IMG/VR virus record: IMGVR_UViG_3300045988_130724
Span: 12,203 to 76,202 of that record
Source of the DNA: a virus
DNA: 64,000 bases
Strand: one strand, 5' to 3'
In this document: positions 9,740 to 18,913 of the stretch, in pieces
Position numbering within the stretch: the first letter of the stretch is position 1
How the letters are laid out: the number at the start of each line of letters is the position of its first letter
The notes under the pieces: model-generated
The model's input: the letters and a program-made list of their open reading frames with translations, nothing else
Told to the model about the DNA's origin: nothing
The model's database searches: none
Made by a program: the position numbers and the translations under genes

Positions 9740-12700
9740 TTACATATTTTTAGTATTATCTACTATCTTATCTAATTTCGATCCTAATTCAAGGATAAGC
9801 TTTGTGTATTTTACGATATCTTCCAAATAACCGTTAGTAATCACATGCTGATTCAAGATGTTACCCAACGTAGCATTGCCCTCCGTTGAGATAGAGACCA
9901 AAGATCCTATGCCGACAACAACATTTATCATTTGGCTCTTTATTTCCTCATTTGAAATCTGCAATGCTGTAAACCTACCGCTTAGTTCTCCTGCATCTTC
10001 ATGTGTCATTTCAGTGCCAAACCCTCGTTGAGAACCGCCTTGTTGGGGTGTGCTATCTCCGGTCCAACCCATAGCATCTTTTAAAGCATTCCGTTCCGCA
10101 AGAGCTTCTGCGACAATGGCGTCCCATTCCGCTTGCGACTTTTCCATTTCTTCCTTGGTTATACCTGCCTTATCATCGTTAGCCTTAGCAAAACTATCAT
10201 ACCAAGCTTGCAACTTGTCTTTGTACTTATTTCCTACCATTGTAGTGAGAATAGCACGTTGCATATATTGCTCAAAATTCTTAGAGAAGTCCTCTGCGGA
10301 ACTGTCCATATTTATAAGCATGTCTACAAAGCTGTCAAACACGCTGTCAAAAGACACTTGCGTAAGTTGTTCTTTGATTTGGTTCTGAATATCCTTTATA
10401 CGCTCTTCGCCATCAATAATCCCTTGCAGATATTCACGTACATCATCATCCAACTTTGACCAAAAAATATCAGCTTCTTTCAGTTTCTCAACTTGTTCTG
10501 CTGACAGGTCGAAAAGTCCTGTCATTCTTCCACTTGTCGCTTTATCAAAATCAGCTCCAAGGGCTTCACGTGCTTGTTCCCATCCTTCCTTGCTCATACC
10601 CTTGCGGATTCGTACGCCAATAGAGTGAGAACCTGCGGATGCACCTGCGTTCAGTCTTTCTTTACCAAGAATACGGTAACTTTCAATACTTTTTTCCGCC
10701 AACTCCAATGCCTCTTTCCCGACCTTATTAGCTTCTACACCGTATGAGGTATTAATGTATTCTTTCTTTTTGTCAATCAATTCGTCCCAAATGGAGTTAA
10801 GCGTATCGTACTGTTCCTTCATAGTGTTGTAGTGCGAGTAGTCAGCACCAAACATTCCATCAAGCGCAGACACAACAGAAGAGATTCCGTTGACTGCACT
10901 CATGGCACCACCTACGATGTCACCGCTCATAATCTGACCGACACCTGCCGCTGTTTGTCCTAAACCGCTAACAGCATCAATTGCTCCTTGTACTTTTGAA
11001 TCGTCAAATCCGAAGATACTCCCTATGTTGGAGCTAAACTCTTTGAGCGGACCGGAAAATTCAACGACTGCATTTCCTATTTTCGATATTCCAATACCAA
11101 TCGCATCCGTATCACCTTTAGCGTTTTTAAGGTAACTGATTCCATTTTTAATGTCCTCCGTAAACTTCTTGAACGGTGATTTACCTGAAAGCGTATCCTT
11201 TAAATTCTTGGTAGAATCGGTAATATCCTTGATGTTGATTGTGCCGTCCTCTATGCTTTTAAGGTCTTTATCGGTAAATCCTACGGTTTTCAAATCTTCA
11301 ACGGTAACACCATTCTCTCCAGAAAGGTATGACACAAGTAGCTCGTACTTATCAATGACAGCTTGAATGGCGTTTACCGACTTGTCGGAAGCGTCTTCAA
11401 AGAGGTCCGCCATTGCCTTGGTTGATTTCCCATATTGTTCATCCAATGAAGATAATTCGCTTGCCTGTCTTGCCCTTGCGGATGCAATCTCTCCATTGTT
11501 ACCCCCCCTCTTTATGATGTCCGCTATTTCATCTTCGTACTTCTGCGTGATAGCCTTTCTCTTTTCCTGGTAATCGCCAAACGCAATGAAGTATTCCTGC
11601 CATGCTTTTTTGTCAGCATCAAGTTTCTCTTTATTTGTGTCTTTTACATTATTCTCATATTTCTTGTAAGCGTTTTCTTCGGATTCAGCCAACTGAGCTT
11701 CCTGCTCATCAGTAAGTTTGCCTTTTTGCTTTTTATTCCATTCCTCACGTTGCTTTTCAATGGCATCAAGCTCTTTCTGATAATCCAAATCTATCTGCGC
11801 CAACTTCTTTTCAGTTCCGTCAGCCATGAGATTTATTTCGTCCTGTTGGTTCTTACGACGGATGGAAAGAAGTTCTTCAGCAAGTTGCTCTTGCTGTTTT
11901 AGTCTGTCTTCCACTTCTTTTTTGGAATGGCTTTTTTGTTTAGCCAGTTCATTTCCAGTTGCTCCACCCAACTCTTTATATGCCTTTTCAGCGGATAACA
12001 TCTTATCCCTGGATTCTTTCACCTGTTTCGATGTAGCCGCCTTATCTTTGATTAATGCCTCATATCCTTTTTTCGCTTTTTCCCATTCGGCTTTAGCATT
12101 TGCCAAATCTTCCTGATATGTAGTTTCTTTTGTTCCCTGTTTGTTCTCAATTTCCAATTGGGCATTGATTTCCGACAAGACATCCTTTCTTGCGTTTGCC
12201 AATTCATTTTTCAGGTCTTCGATACGCTGTGCCTGAACCTTCATCTCGGAACGGTTGTTCTCCTTCTTAGCTAAATTATAAGCCCATTCCGCACTTTTTA
12301 TCTGTTGTTCCAAGGACTCGACTATAGCCTGCTTTGACTGTGTTCTAGATTTTACAACTTCTTCATTATATGCCTTCCAAAAACCAATCAAATCCTGTAT
12401 ATGACCTTTCTCATCAACATATTTCCTAAAGAGTGCTGGGTATAGTTCCTCAATATCTTTTAAAGCTTTTAGTTTAGTAACATCGGCTTCCACCTCGCTA
12501 TTAATGGTGCTAACAAGACCTTCCAAAATACGTTTCCGATCTTCCTCGTCCGTGTTGAGTTTTTCTATTTTCTTGTTATATGAATCTAAAGCACGTTCTG
12601 CTGACGTTGTATTATCAGATAACGACCACATTGCAACTCCAAGCCCTACAACAGCAGCTGACAATAACACATACGGATTAGTAAGCATAACAGCGTTCAA

Positions 12701-13690
12701 AGCTTTTTGTGCCGTTGTTTGCAAAACCAGCCATCCGTAGTGGGCACGTTCGGCAATAGTTAGAACGGCAATACCTGAAGCTTGTAAAGCTTGCAAAGCC
12801 GTGACTGTCATCACAGCCACTTTATATACGCCATAAGTTGCTACAAGACTAATAAGGATTTTCCCTACTTTCTCATAATTCTCAACCAAATAAGAGACAC
12901 CGGACAGAGCTTCGTTTATAATTCCTTCATTGGCTTTCCCTATCTCATTGAACATGGTGGAAACAGCATCCTCTATATTAGAAATTTGCCCAGTGATTGT
13001 CTTGGACTGTTCTTGCATAAGGTTGTAGAACATTCCTCCCTCGTTTGTAAGGTTTTGGATGACTTTCTGGACTTCCGGGAATCCCACTTTCCCTGCTTCC
13101 ACTAGACTTTTTACTTCTCCTTCTGCTACTCCGAATACTTTTGCCAATTCGCGAATCATAGGAATACCACGACCTGTAAACTGATTTAAATCTGCGGTAT
13201 ATAACCGTCCTTGCGTCATGGTAGTACCATACAAATACACAATATCACCAAGTGGCTGAGAAAGACCTGCGGCTATGTTTCCAAGACGTATCAAGTTGTC
13301 ATTTACGTTTTCAACATTTTCTCCATAAGCAAGAAGTTGTTTAGCTCCATTTGCTACGCCTTGAAGGTCAAAAGGAGTGATAGCAGCCGTTTTTACCAAT
13401 TGCTGCATGAGGGCATTCGCCTTATCCTCACTGCCAAGCATTGTCTTAAATGCAACTTCCAATTGTTGGAATTCTCCTCGGACTTGTGCAATATTTGAAA
13501 TTAATTCTTTTGCAGTAAAACCAGCTCCGAATGCTGCGGCAGCTCTAGTCATACGGTTAAACAGTTCTTCAATACCTAAACCGCTTTGCTCTATTTGCTT
13601 GGACGTGTTTTTTACACCATTCTCTACTTCACGAAGTCTACGTAAGAAATTAGAATTATCACCTGTAATGTCAAAATGTATTCCAGCCAT
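9740..13690 (-). CDS. tail tape measure protein
   Basis: 1316 aa. Long Lys/Glu-rich coiled-coil centre, hydrophobic block VATYGVYKVAVMTVTALQALQASGIAVLTIA, Gly-rich C-terminal part. Canonical position upstream of the Dit and tip genes. Confidence 0.9.
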   Translation of the reverse strand: MAGIHFDITGDNSNFLRRLREVENGVKNTSKQIEQSGLGIEELFNRMTRAAAAFGAGFTAKELISNIAQVRGEFQQLEVAFKTMLGSEDKANALMQQLVKTAAITPFDLQGVANGAKQLLAYGENVENVNDNLIRLGNIAAGLSQPLGDIVYLYGTTMTQGRLYTADLNQFTGRGIPMIRELAKVFGVAEGEVKSLVEAGKVGFPEVQKVIQNLTNEGGMFYNLMQEQSKTITGQISNIEDAVSTMFNEIGKANEGIINEALSGVSYLVENYEKVGKILISLVATYGVYKVAVMTVTALQALQASGIAVLTIAERAHYGWLVLQTTAQKALNAVMLTNPYVLLSAAVVGLGVAMWSLSDNTTSAERALDSYNKKIEKLNTDEEDRKRILEGLVSTINSEVEADVTKLKALKDIEELYPALFRKYVDEKGHIQDLIGFWKAYNEEVVKSRTQSKQAIVESLEQQIKSAEWAYNLAKKENNRSEMKVQAQRIEDLKNELANARKDVLSEINAQLEIENKQGTKETTYQEDLANAKAEWEKAKKGYEALIKDKAATSKQVKESRDKMLSAEKAYKELGGATGNELAKQKSHSKKEVEDRLKQQEQLAEELLSIRRKNQQDEINLMADGTEKKLAQIDLDYQKELDAIEKQREEWNKKQKGKLTDEQEAQLAESEENAYKKYENNVKDTNKEKLDADKKAWQEYFIAFGDYQEKRKAITQKYEDEIADIIKRGGNNGEIASARARQASELSSLDEQYGKSTKAMADLFEDASDKSVNAIQAVIDKYELLVSYLSGENGVTVEDLKTVGFTDKDLKSIEDGTINIKDITDSTKNLKDTLSGKSPFKKFTEDIKNGISYLKNAKGDTDAIGIGISKIGNAVVEFSGPLKEFSSNIGSIFGFDDSKVQGAIDAVSGLGQTAAGVGQIMSGDIVGGAMSAVNGISSVVSALDGMFGADYSHYNTMKEQYDTLNSIWDELIDKKKEYINTSYGVEANKVGKEALELAEKSIESYRILGKERLNAGASAGSHSIGVRIRKGMSKEGWEQAREALGADFDKATSGRMTGLFDLSAEQVEKLKEADIFWSKLDDDVREYLQGIIDGEERIKDIQNQIKEQLTQVSFDSVFDSFVDMLINMDSSAEDFSKNFEQYMQRAILTTMVGNKYKDKLQAWYDSFAKANDDKAGITKEEMEKSQAEWDAIVAEALAERNALKDAMGWTGDSTPQQGGSQRGFGTEMTHEDAGELSGRFTALQISNEEIKSQMINVVVGIGSLVSISTEGNATLGNILNQHVITNGYLEDIVKYTKLILELGSKLDKIVDNTKNM

Positions 13691-13736
13691 AGGTCTTTTC
13701 GATAGAAATAGTTCCGTGCAACATCACACGGCATTG

Positions 13737-13744
13737 CAAATATA
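13737..13744 (-). promoter_or_regulatory. -7 box TATATTTG serving the tape measure gene
   Basis: Plus strand reads caaatata, 47 nt upstream of the TMP ATG. Lies between the TMP gene and the divergent plus-strand islet. Confidence 0.45.
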
Positions 13745-13815
13745 ACAATAAATGACATAGTTAGAGCCACAAACACACAAAATATATTCAACTGTTTATT
13801 TTTCCTATCTTTAAT

Positions 13816-13846
13816 TTTGTTTATATTATTATATAAATTACATTTG
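13816..13846 (+). promoter_or_regulatory. Bacteroides-type promoter (-33 TTTG, -7 TACATTTG) of the plus-strand islet
   Basis: TTTG at 13816-13819, a 19-nt spacer, TACATTTG at 13839-13846, and the ATG 30 nt downstream. Confidence 0.55.
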
Positions 13847-13875
13847 TACAATATTACAAAGTAAAAAGCAGAGCA

Positions 13876-15000
13876 ATGGATTTTAAGGATCAAGTTACAC
13901 AGCTATCTGATAATATAAAAAAACAAAAAGACAAGATAGCTACAGAAGAAGCTACAAAAAACGCATTTATAATGCCAATGATTGCAGCCTTAGGATACGA
14001 TGTTTTTAACCCTTTTGAGGTCGTGCCTGAAATGGATTGTGACTTAATAAAGAAAAAAGGAGAAAAAATCGATTATGCCATAATGAAGAATGAAAATCCT
14101 ATACTTCTTATAGAATGCAAACACTGCAAGCAAGACCTAAACCTGCATGACACCCAACTACAAAAATATTTTGTAGCGTCAAAAGCGCGTTTTGGCGTGC
14201 TTACAAATGGAATAGAGTATAGATTTTACACCGACCTGGAGAAAATAAACATAATGGATGAGAAACCGTTTCTTGTCGTGAACATGCTTGACTTATCAGA
14301 TGCGGATATAGAGCAACTAAAGAAATTCCATAAGTCATATTACAATGAAGAGGATGTTCTAAGTACGGCAAACGAATTGAAATACACGACAGAAATAAAA
14401 TCAATATTGAATAACGAATTTGCATCACCTACAGCAGAATTTGTTCGGTTCTTTGCACGTCAAGTCTACACTTCAGGGCAAATCACATCAAAGGTGATAG
14501 ATATGTTTACCCCACTCGTTAAGAAATCTATCACATCTGTTATTAATGATATTATTTCTGATAGACTAAATACAGCTATAAAAAACAGCGAGCAAACATC
14601 TGACTCACTCCCAACGATAGACAATACATCCATAAATACTTCCACAGAAGATACAGAAGAGAAACTCCCGGGCGGAGTTGTATACATGGATAAAGAATCC
14701 GGTGTCGTAACAACACAAGAGGAATTAGATGCCTACAACATCGTAAGAAGCATTTTAAGAAAAAGTGTGGATGTGGCTCGCATAACCTATAAAGACTATA
14801 AAAGCTACTTCGTTGTAAATATTGATAACAGCCAATGGTACTGGATATGCCGTATTTCTATCGGAGCAAGAAAAAAGCAAATAGGAATACCGGCAGACCA
14901 ATATAAGAGTTGTGAATGGATTCAGATAGACAACGCGGATGATATATTCAAATATGCAGACAGACTTGAAGAAGCATTAAAATTAGCAATGGGGGAATAA
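13876..15000 (+). CDS. PD-(D/E)xK nuclease-like protein with HsdR N-terminal-type domain
   Basis: 374 aa. ATKNAFIMPMIAALGY...KIDYAI...LLIECKH...QLQKYF...FGVLTNGIEYRFY gives the D...ExK core and TNG..Y tail I associate with HSDR_N domains. The C-terminal 170 aa are unassigned. Opposite strand to all neighbouring genes. Confidence 0.65.
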   Translation: MDFKDQVTQLSDNIKKQKDKIATEEATKNAFIMPMIAALGYDVFNPFEVVPEMDCDLIKKKGEKIDYAIMKNENPILLIECKHCKQDLNLHDTQLQKYFVASKARFGVLTNGIEYRFYTDLEKINIMDEKPFLVVNMLDLSDADIEQLKKFHKSYYNEEDVLSTANELKYTTEIKSILNNEFASPTAEFVRFFARQVYTSGQITSKVIDMFTPLVKKSITSVINDIISDRLNTAIKNSEQTSDSLPTIDNTSINTSTEDTEEKLPGGVVYMDKESGVVTTQEELDAYNIVRSILRKSVDVARITYKDYKSYFVVNIDNSQWYWICRISIGARKKQIGIPADQYKSCEWIQIDNADDIFKYADRLEEALKLAMGE

Positions 15001-15018
15001 TTATTAAAAGCGTACATT

Positions 15019-15723
15019 ATGAAAAGAATTTTATTTTTTATGGCAATGTTGCCTATGTTTTTTTTAACAGCTTGTTCAGATGACAATGAAATACAAAAAG
15101 ATGGAGAGACAGGAAATGGAAATCCGCCTTTATCTTCCATTGTTGGAACTTGGGAAAGTGGAAATTATTTTGTTTCATTTGGAGAAGATGAATTTTATTC
15201 CGCATATATAGCAGATGAATTTATTGACAGTGGAGACTATAAACAAACAGAAAACGAGGTTACATGTTCAAATAATTACTTTAATAGAAAAACAGTCTAT
15301 ACTATTAAAAACATATCTAAGACAGAGATGAAGGTGCAAGTTTCATATACCGACCTGTATGGAAAAACTAATAGCAAAGACATGACTTTTACAAAGTCAA
15401 ATGAAACCATAGTATCAAAAAGCAACACGTTGGCAGGTAAATCCATTACATCATATTCTTCTTACTTTGGAAATGTTACAAGAACATTTAATTCCTTTAA
15501 TGCTGGGGTAAAATCAGCAACAAAAGGTAGTGCCGCAAAATATCCTTTAAATTTTTTCTATATCTATATCGGAAATAAAATGTATCATCAAGTTCTAAGA
15601 AACAACTCAATTCAAGTTCCTAGTATTGGAGGTTGGTCAACAAACTACAATGAGGTGATATGCTGGGAATTGCATTTCTCTGCCAATGGTTCTATAGATA
15701 GTTTCGATAAAATCGAAATATAA
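15019..15723 (+). CDS. lipoprotein, lipocalin-like
   Basis: Signal peptide plus lipobox MKRILFFMAMLPMFFLTAC-S, and a GTWE motif typical of small bacterial lipocalin-like lipoproteins. Starts 18 nt after the upstream stop. Confidence 0.75.
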   Translation: MKRILFFMAMLPMFFLTACSDDNEIQKDGETGNGNPPLSSIVGTWESGNYFVSFGEDEFYSAYIADEFIDSGDYKQTENEVTCSNNYFNRKTVYTIKNISKTEMKVQVSYTDLYGKTNSKDMTFTKSNETIVSKSNTLAGKSITSYSSYFGNVTRTFNSFNAGVKSATKGSAAKYPLNFFYIYIGNKMYHQVLRNNSIQVPSIGGWSTNYNEVICWELHFSANGSIDSFDKIEI

Positions 15724-15732
15724 AATAAATAC

Positions 15733-15763
15733 ACAATGTCATAGTTTTAAACTATGACATTGT
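15733..15763 (+). terminator. perfect palindrome hairpin after the lipoprotein gene
   Basis: acaatgtcatagttt / aaactatgacattgt arms, 10 nt after the stop codon. Confidence 0.55.
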
Positions 15764-15779
15764 TCTATTTCACCGATAA

Positions 15780-15817
15780 ATCACGAAAGTTTTTGTATAA
15801 CCCTCGTGATTTTTTTG
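15780..15817 (+). terminator. rho-independent terminator
   Basis: 7-bp stem atcacga...tcgtgat followed by TTTTTTT. Confidence 0.6.
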
Positions 15818-15851
15818 CCTTTTATTTGTCGCGCTGTTCTATTTGTCGTAT

Positions 15852-16565
15852 TCAGTCCCATCTCATAGCCTTAATCCTTGCCATATTTGCCGGATCATCG
15901 GCATTGATGATATCACGGTCTTGAGGTATGTTAACTCGCTTACGTTCCTCGTCAGACAAATATATGGATGTTACGGAATCGGCAAGAAGCAATTGTAAAT
16001 TGGCATAGCTAATACCCCAAACAACATATTCAAAAGTCCATCCGTACCGTTGACAAGCTGTATCTATCAATGTGCCATATATACTTTTGCCGCCAAATGT
16101 AAGAGAATTATTATCCTTCTTGGCTCTCATAGCTTTTGCTTGCCACTCTTTTTCCTTATCTATTCCAAGGTGTTTCATATATGCTGATATGTCTCCTTCA
16201 GGCAATACCATAACCAACAGTTGTGCCATGCTGTCATCGTCAAGCTCCTTGCAGAAGAAATCGCACCTTTCCTGTACGAGATTGCAGTCAAACAGCTCAT
16301 CTTTCTTATTGATGGTATGATAGGACAAAATACGGCACACGCTTTCTTTTTTTCCCTGACACAGTCTCAACGCTTCCATATACGGATTAGCCTTGATAAT
16401 TTCCAGATTTATGCCAAGACACTCCACAATCCTTGATATTAGGTATGTTTTTCCAAGAGTAACCGGATATAGATAAAACTGACGTTGATTTACTTTAAAA
16501 CCATGCGGACGTTCAATTATAGTATCCGCAATGTCCATGTCTATAAGTTTCCCATCTTCTAACAT
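15852..16565 (-). CDS. tail assembly chaperone-position protein
   Basis: 237 aa between the major tail gene and the TMP gene (ignoring the inserted islet). No frameshift site identified. Confidence 0.45.
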   Translation of the reverse strand: MLEDGKLIDMDIADTIIERPHGFKVNQRQFYLYPVTLGKTYLISRIVECLGINLEIIKANPYMEALRLCQGKKESVCRILSYHTINKKDELFDCNLVQERCDFFCKELDDDSMAQLLVMVLPEGDISAYMKHLGIDKEKEWQAKAMRAKKDNNSLTFGGKSIYGTLIDTACQRYGWTFEYVVWGISYANLQLLLADSVTSIYLSDEERKRVNIPQDRDIINADDPANMARIKAMRWD

Positions 16566-16781
16566 AACAGTTCTTGTTTTTTTTAATTAATGCCGGATAT
16601 CTTCACAGACAACCGGCATGAAAAGACATATGAACAACAAATCAAATTCTCAAAATCGAGCGGAAACACAGATTCGGACTGTGACCTCATATCTGGTTGA
16701 TATGTGTGCATCCATTACACCATTTCCGCAAAACACGTGAGTACAAAGCCCCCACGCTTGGCATTACCTATCAAAAACTTA

Positions 16782-17324
16782 TTACCCACCGGGATTGGGA
16801 GCAACTTCAAATTTATCTCCATCTCCGGATGTGTCTTCCGGATCACATTCAATCTTAGTTGGCTTACCAGAAGCAGGCGTTGTTATAATCTTGCCCCATT
16901 GAATCTGTTTTTTGTCCGAACCCGGTTTCAAGGCATCAAAAGTATACGCCCAAATACCACCATCTGCCGCTGTAAATGAATCCTCAACAGAAACGGTAGT
17001 TTTCTCCATACAGAATCCCTGAACATCAGGATCTTCGGGCTGCAAAGCAACAGCATAATTATGTGCTACCACTCCATCACTATCACTTATAGGACGCTTA
17101 CGCCCTTTTGCAGCACGAATATTGAAAGTAAGAGCATAGGTGTTTTTTCCATACTTTACATCCTCGTTCTCTCCTCCTTCAATCTTTGCTTCTTTCTTGT
17201 CACCTTTTGTTGTTGTCAACTGTGTGGAATCCTCTACCGGAGTAGGCAATTCTTCCCATGAAGGTGATACTGCATCAAGGTCTTTAATAAAAATACGGGG
17301 CTTACCCCATCCGATTACTGCCAT
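16782..17324 (-). CDS. major tail protein (by position)
   Basis: 180 aa after the connector genes and before the chaperone-position gene. Followed by a hairpin at 16590-16619. Confidence 0.55.
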   Translation of the reverse strand: MAVIGWGKPRIFIKDLDAVSPSWEELPTPVEDSTQLTTTKGDKKEAKIEGGENEDVKYGKNTYALTFNIRAAKGRKRPISDSDGVVAHNYAVALQPEDPDVQGFCMEKTTVSVEDSFTAADGGIWAYTFDALKPGSDKKQIQWGKIITTPASGKPTKIECDPEDTSGDGDKFEVAPNPGG

Positions 17325-17353
17325 AGTTCTATATTGCTTAATATAGTTAATAC

Positions 17354-17779
17354 TTATTCGTTATTTATTTCAATATACAGTTTGTTGTTGATGAAATGTT
17401 CCATGTGTCCATCCTCAAAAGAAACACCTGTTGGATTGGTTTTCTGACTGCATTTCGAAGGCACAGTATGATACTCATCTTTCCGTATAAAAAAAAGGAA
17501 CTTGCATAATTCGCATAATTCACCGACACGTTGGGTATTCTTTTCCCATGCCTTTGTTCTAGCATTCCATTGGTCCCTAACATAAACATTGACATTCACA
17601 TAAGCCCGCTGAATCTGACCGCATCCTTCATTAGCAAGAACAGATATAACAATATCCTCTCTGTCTGACTTGTTAGGTCTTCCCCTGTCACTCAATTTTC
17701 CAGTAATATCACTTTCAAGGCTGCTACCTTTAATCTTGTGATAAACGAACTTTGCAATATCAATATCTGATTTCATCAT
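17354..17779 (-). CDS. tail terminator/neck-position protein
   Basis: 141 aa, 4-nt overlap with the upstream gene. Call is by position. Confidence 0.45.
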   Translation of the reverse strand: MMKSDIDIAKFVYHKIKGSSLESDITGKLSDRGRPNKSDREDIVISVLANEGCGQIQRAYVNVNVYVRDQWNARTKAWEKNTQRVGELCELCKFLFFIRKDEYHTVPSKCSQKTNPTGVSFEDGHMEHFINNKLYIEINNE

Positions 17780-18237
17780 TTGGCAATCTGTCTCTTTAAT
17801 TTTTCAAGCATCTTGGGAACTTGGTCTATTGACCATAATTCCGTTGATGCAAGCACATCCTTGTTATCCATCGCTTCCACGTATTCAGCATAGTTCATTC
17901 CGGCAACTATAACAAGAACATAGTCATTGGGATATCTTCTAGCCAGTTCTTCTGCCAAGTCTTTGCCGACTTTTACACCTTCTGAACCCTGCTTCACCTG
18001 ATTAAAGTCCGAGTATTGGATAATACTGCCATTATGGGCTATTACATAGCCAACTGAACTACGCAGATTACCGGACTGGTCATACCAACTTTTGTCACCA
18101 CCTCTATCACGTACCCTGATAACACATTGTTCACCAAGATACGACAAGGCGCGTATTGTCAGCCTCTCAACCCGTTCTGCCTCTTTCATCAGTATTTTAT
18201 GAATCTCATCCAGTTTGGAAGTCATTCTTATTCCCAT
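17776..18237 (-). CDS. HK97 gp10-like tail-completion protein
   Basis: 153 aa. GNLRSSVGY and GMNYAEYVEA resemble the gp10-family ...YA.YVE.G motif. Sits in the connector module. Confidence 0.6.
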   Translation of the reverse strand: MGIRMTSKLDEIHKILMKEAERVERLTIRALSYLGEQCVIRVRDRGGDKSWYDQSGNLRSSVGYVIAHNGSIIQYSDFNQVKQGSEGVKVGKDLAEELARRYPNDYVLVIVAGMNYAEYVEAMDNKDVLASTELWSIDQVPKMLEKLKRQIAK

Positions 18238-18240
18238 ATA

Positions 18241-18588
18241 CTAAACCCAAATCTTGCACTGAAGTTGGTAACGATGAAAACCTTTCACATTAAACTCTCT
18301 TTCAATTCCTCCAAGCAAAATCAACTTTACCCTATCACCTATTGTGAAATTACGGCAGTCCGGAGGAAGGTTGTACACCTCATAAGAGTATTTTCGTGTT
18401 ACACCGTCTTCAAACTCCTTTTCATCTGCCTTACCGGAAGGAACAGCATCACAAGGAATATCACCTTCCCAATGGTCTTCTCCAGGATGGTAATCTCCGT
18501 TTCCATCCTCATACCCCGAAGCGGAAACGAGGTACTGTAATCTGTTAGAATTTCTGTTCAATACCGCCATTCTACAATAAACAATCAC
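18241..18588 (-). CDS. head closure / head-tail adaptor-position protein
   Basis: 115 aa. The FTIGDRVKL...F.V segment resembles head-closure proteins. Call is mainly by position. Confidence 0.5.
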   Translation of the reverse strand: MIVYCRMAVLNRNSNRLQYLVSASGYEDGNGDYHPGEDHWEGDIPCDAVPSGKADEKEFEDGVTRKYSYEVYNLPPDCRNFTIGDRVKLILLGGIEREFNVKGFHRYQLQCKIWV

Positions 18589-18910
18589 CTACATATACCG
18601 TTGGTTTTGCCTCCAGTTCTACTAAAGGTTCACCAATAGTCTTGTAAATGGAGTTAACACGTAAAAGTATCCGTTCTTTATCTTTATCAGATAAAGCCCC
18701 GAAGGACTTGTCTGCTTCAGAGAAATTGATAGCCTGGACCAAAGACCAAAGACAATCAGCTAAAGCTCCCTGGTATTCGTTAGAATGATCTATATCATGA
18801 CCAAACTCATCATCACCATTAAGATTACGTTTAATCATCACATTCTCTACAAAACCGATAGAAATCGGATAGTGTATTTCGTCTATGAGAGCTTGCTGTA
18901 TTGTCTTCAT
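18572..18910 (-). CDS. head-tail connector-position protein
   Basis: 112 aa immediately after the capsid gene. Call is by position. Confidence 0.45.
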   Translation of the reverse strand: MKTIQQALIDEIHYPISIGFVENVMIKRNLNGDDEFGHDIDHSNEYQGALADCLWSLVQAINFSEADKSFGALSDKDKERILLRVNSIYKTIGEPLVELEAKPTVYVGDCLL

Positions 18911-18913
18911 GGG

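Noticed and set aside
3549-13690. A diversity-generating retroelement targeting the fibre genes.
   Set aside because: No reverse-transcriptase motifs appear in any listed ORF. I saw no template/variable repeat pair with adenine-specific differences.
13624-13893. 89-aa minus-strand ORF spanning the divergent promoter region.
   Set aside because: It overlaps both the TMP start and the plus-strand gene start, and it covers both promoter boxes. Its sequence is AT-rich low-complexity.
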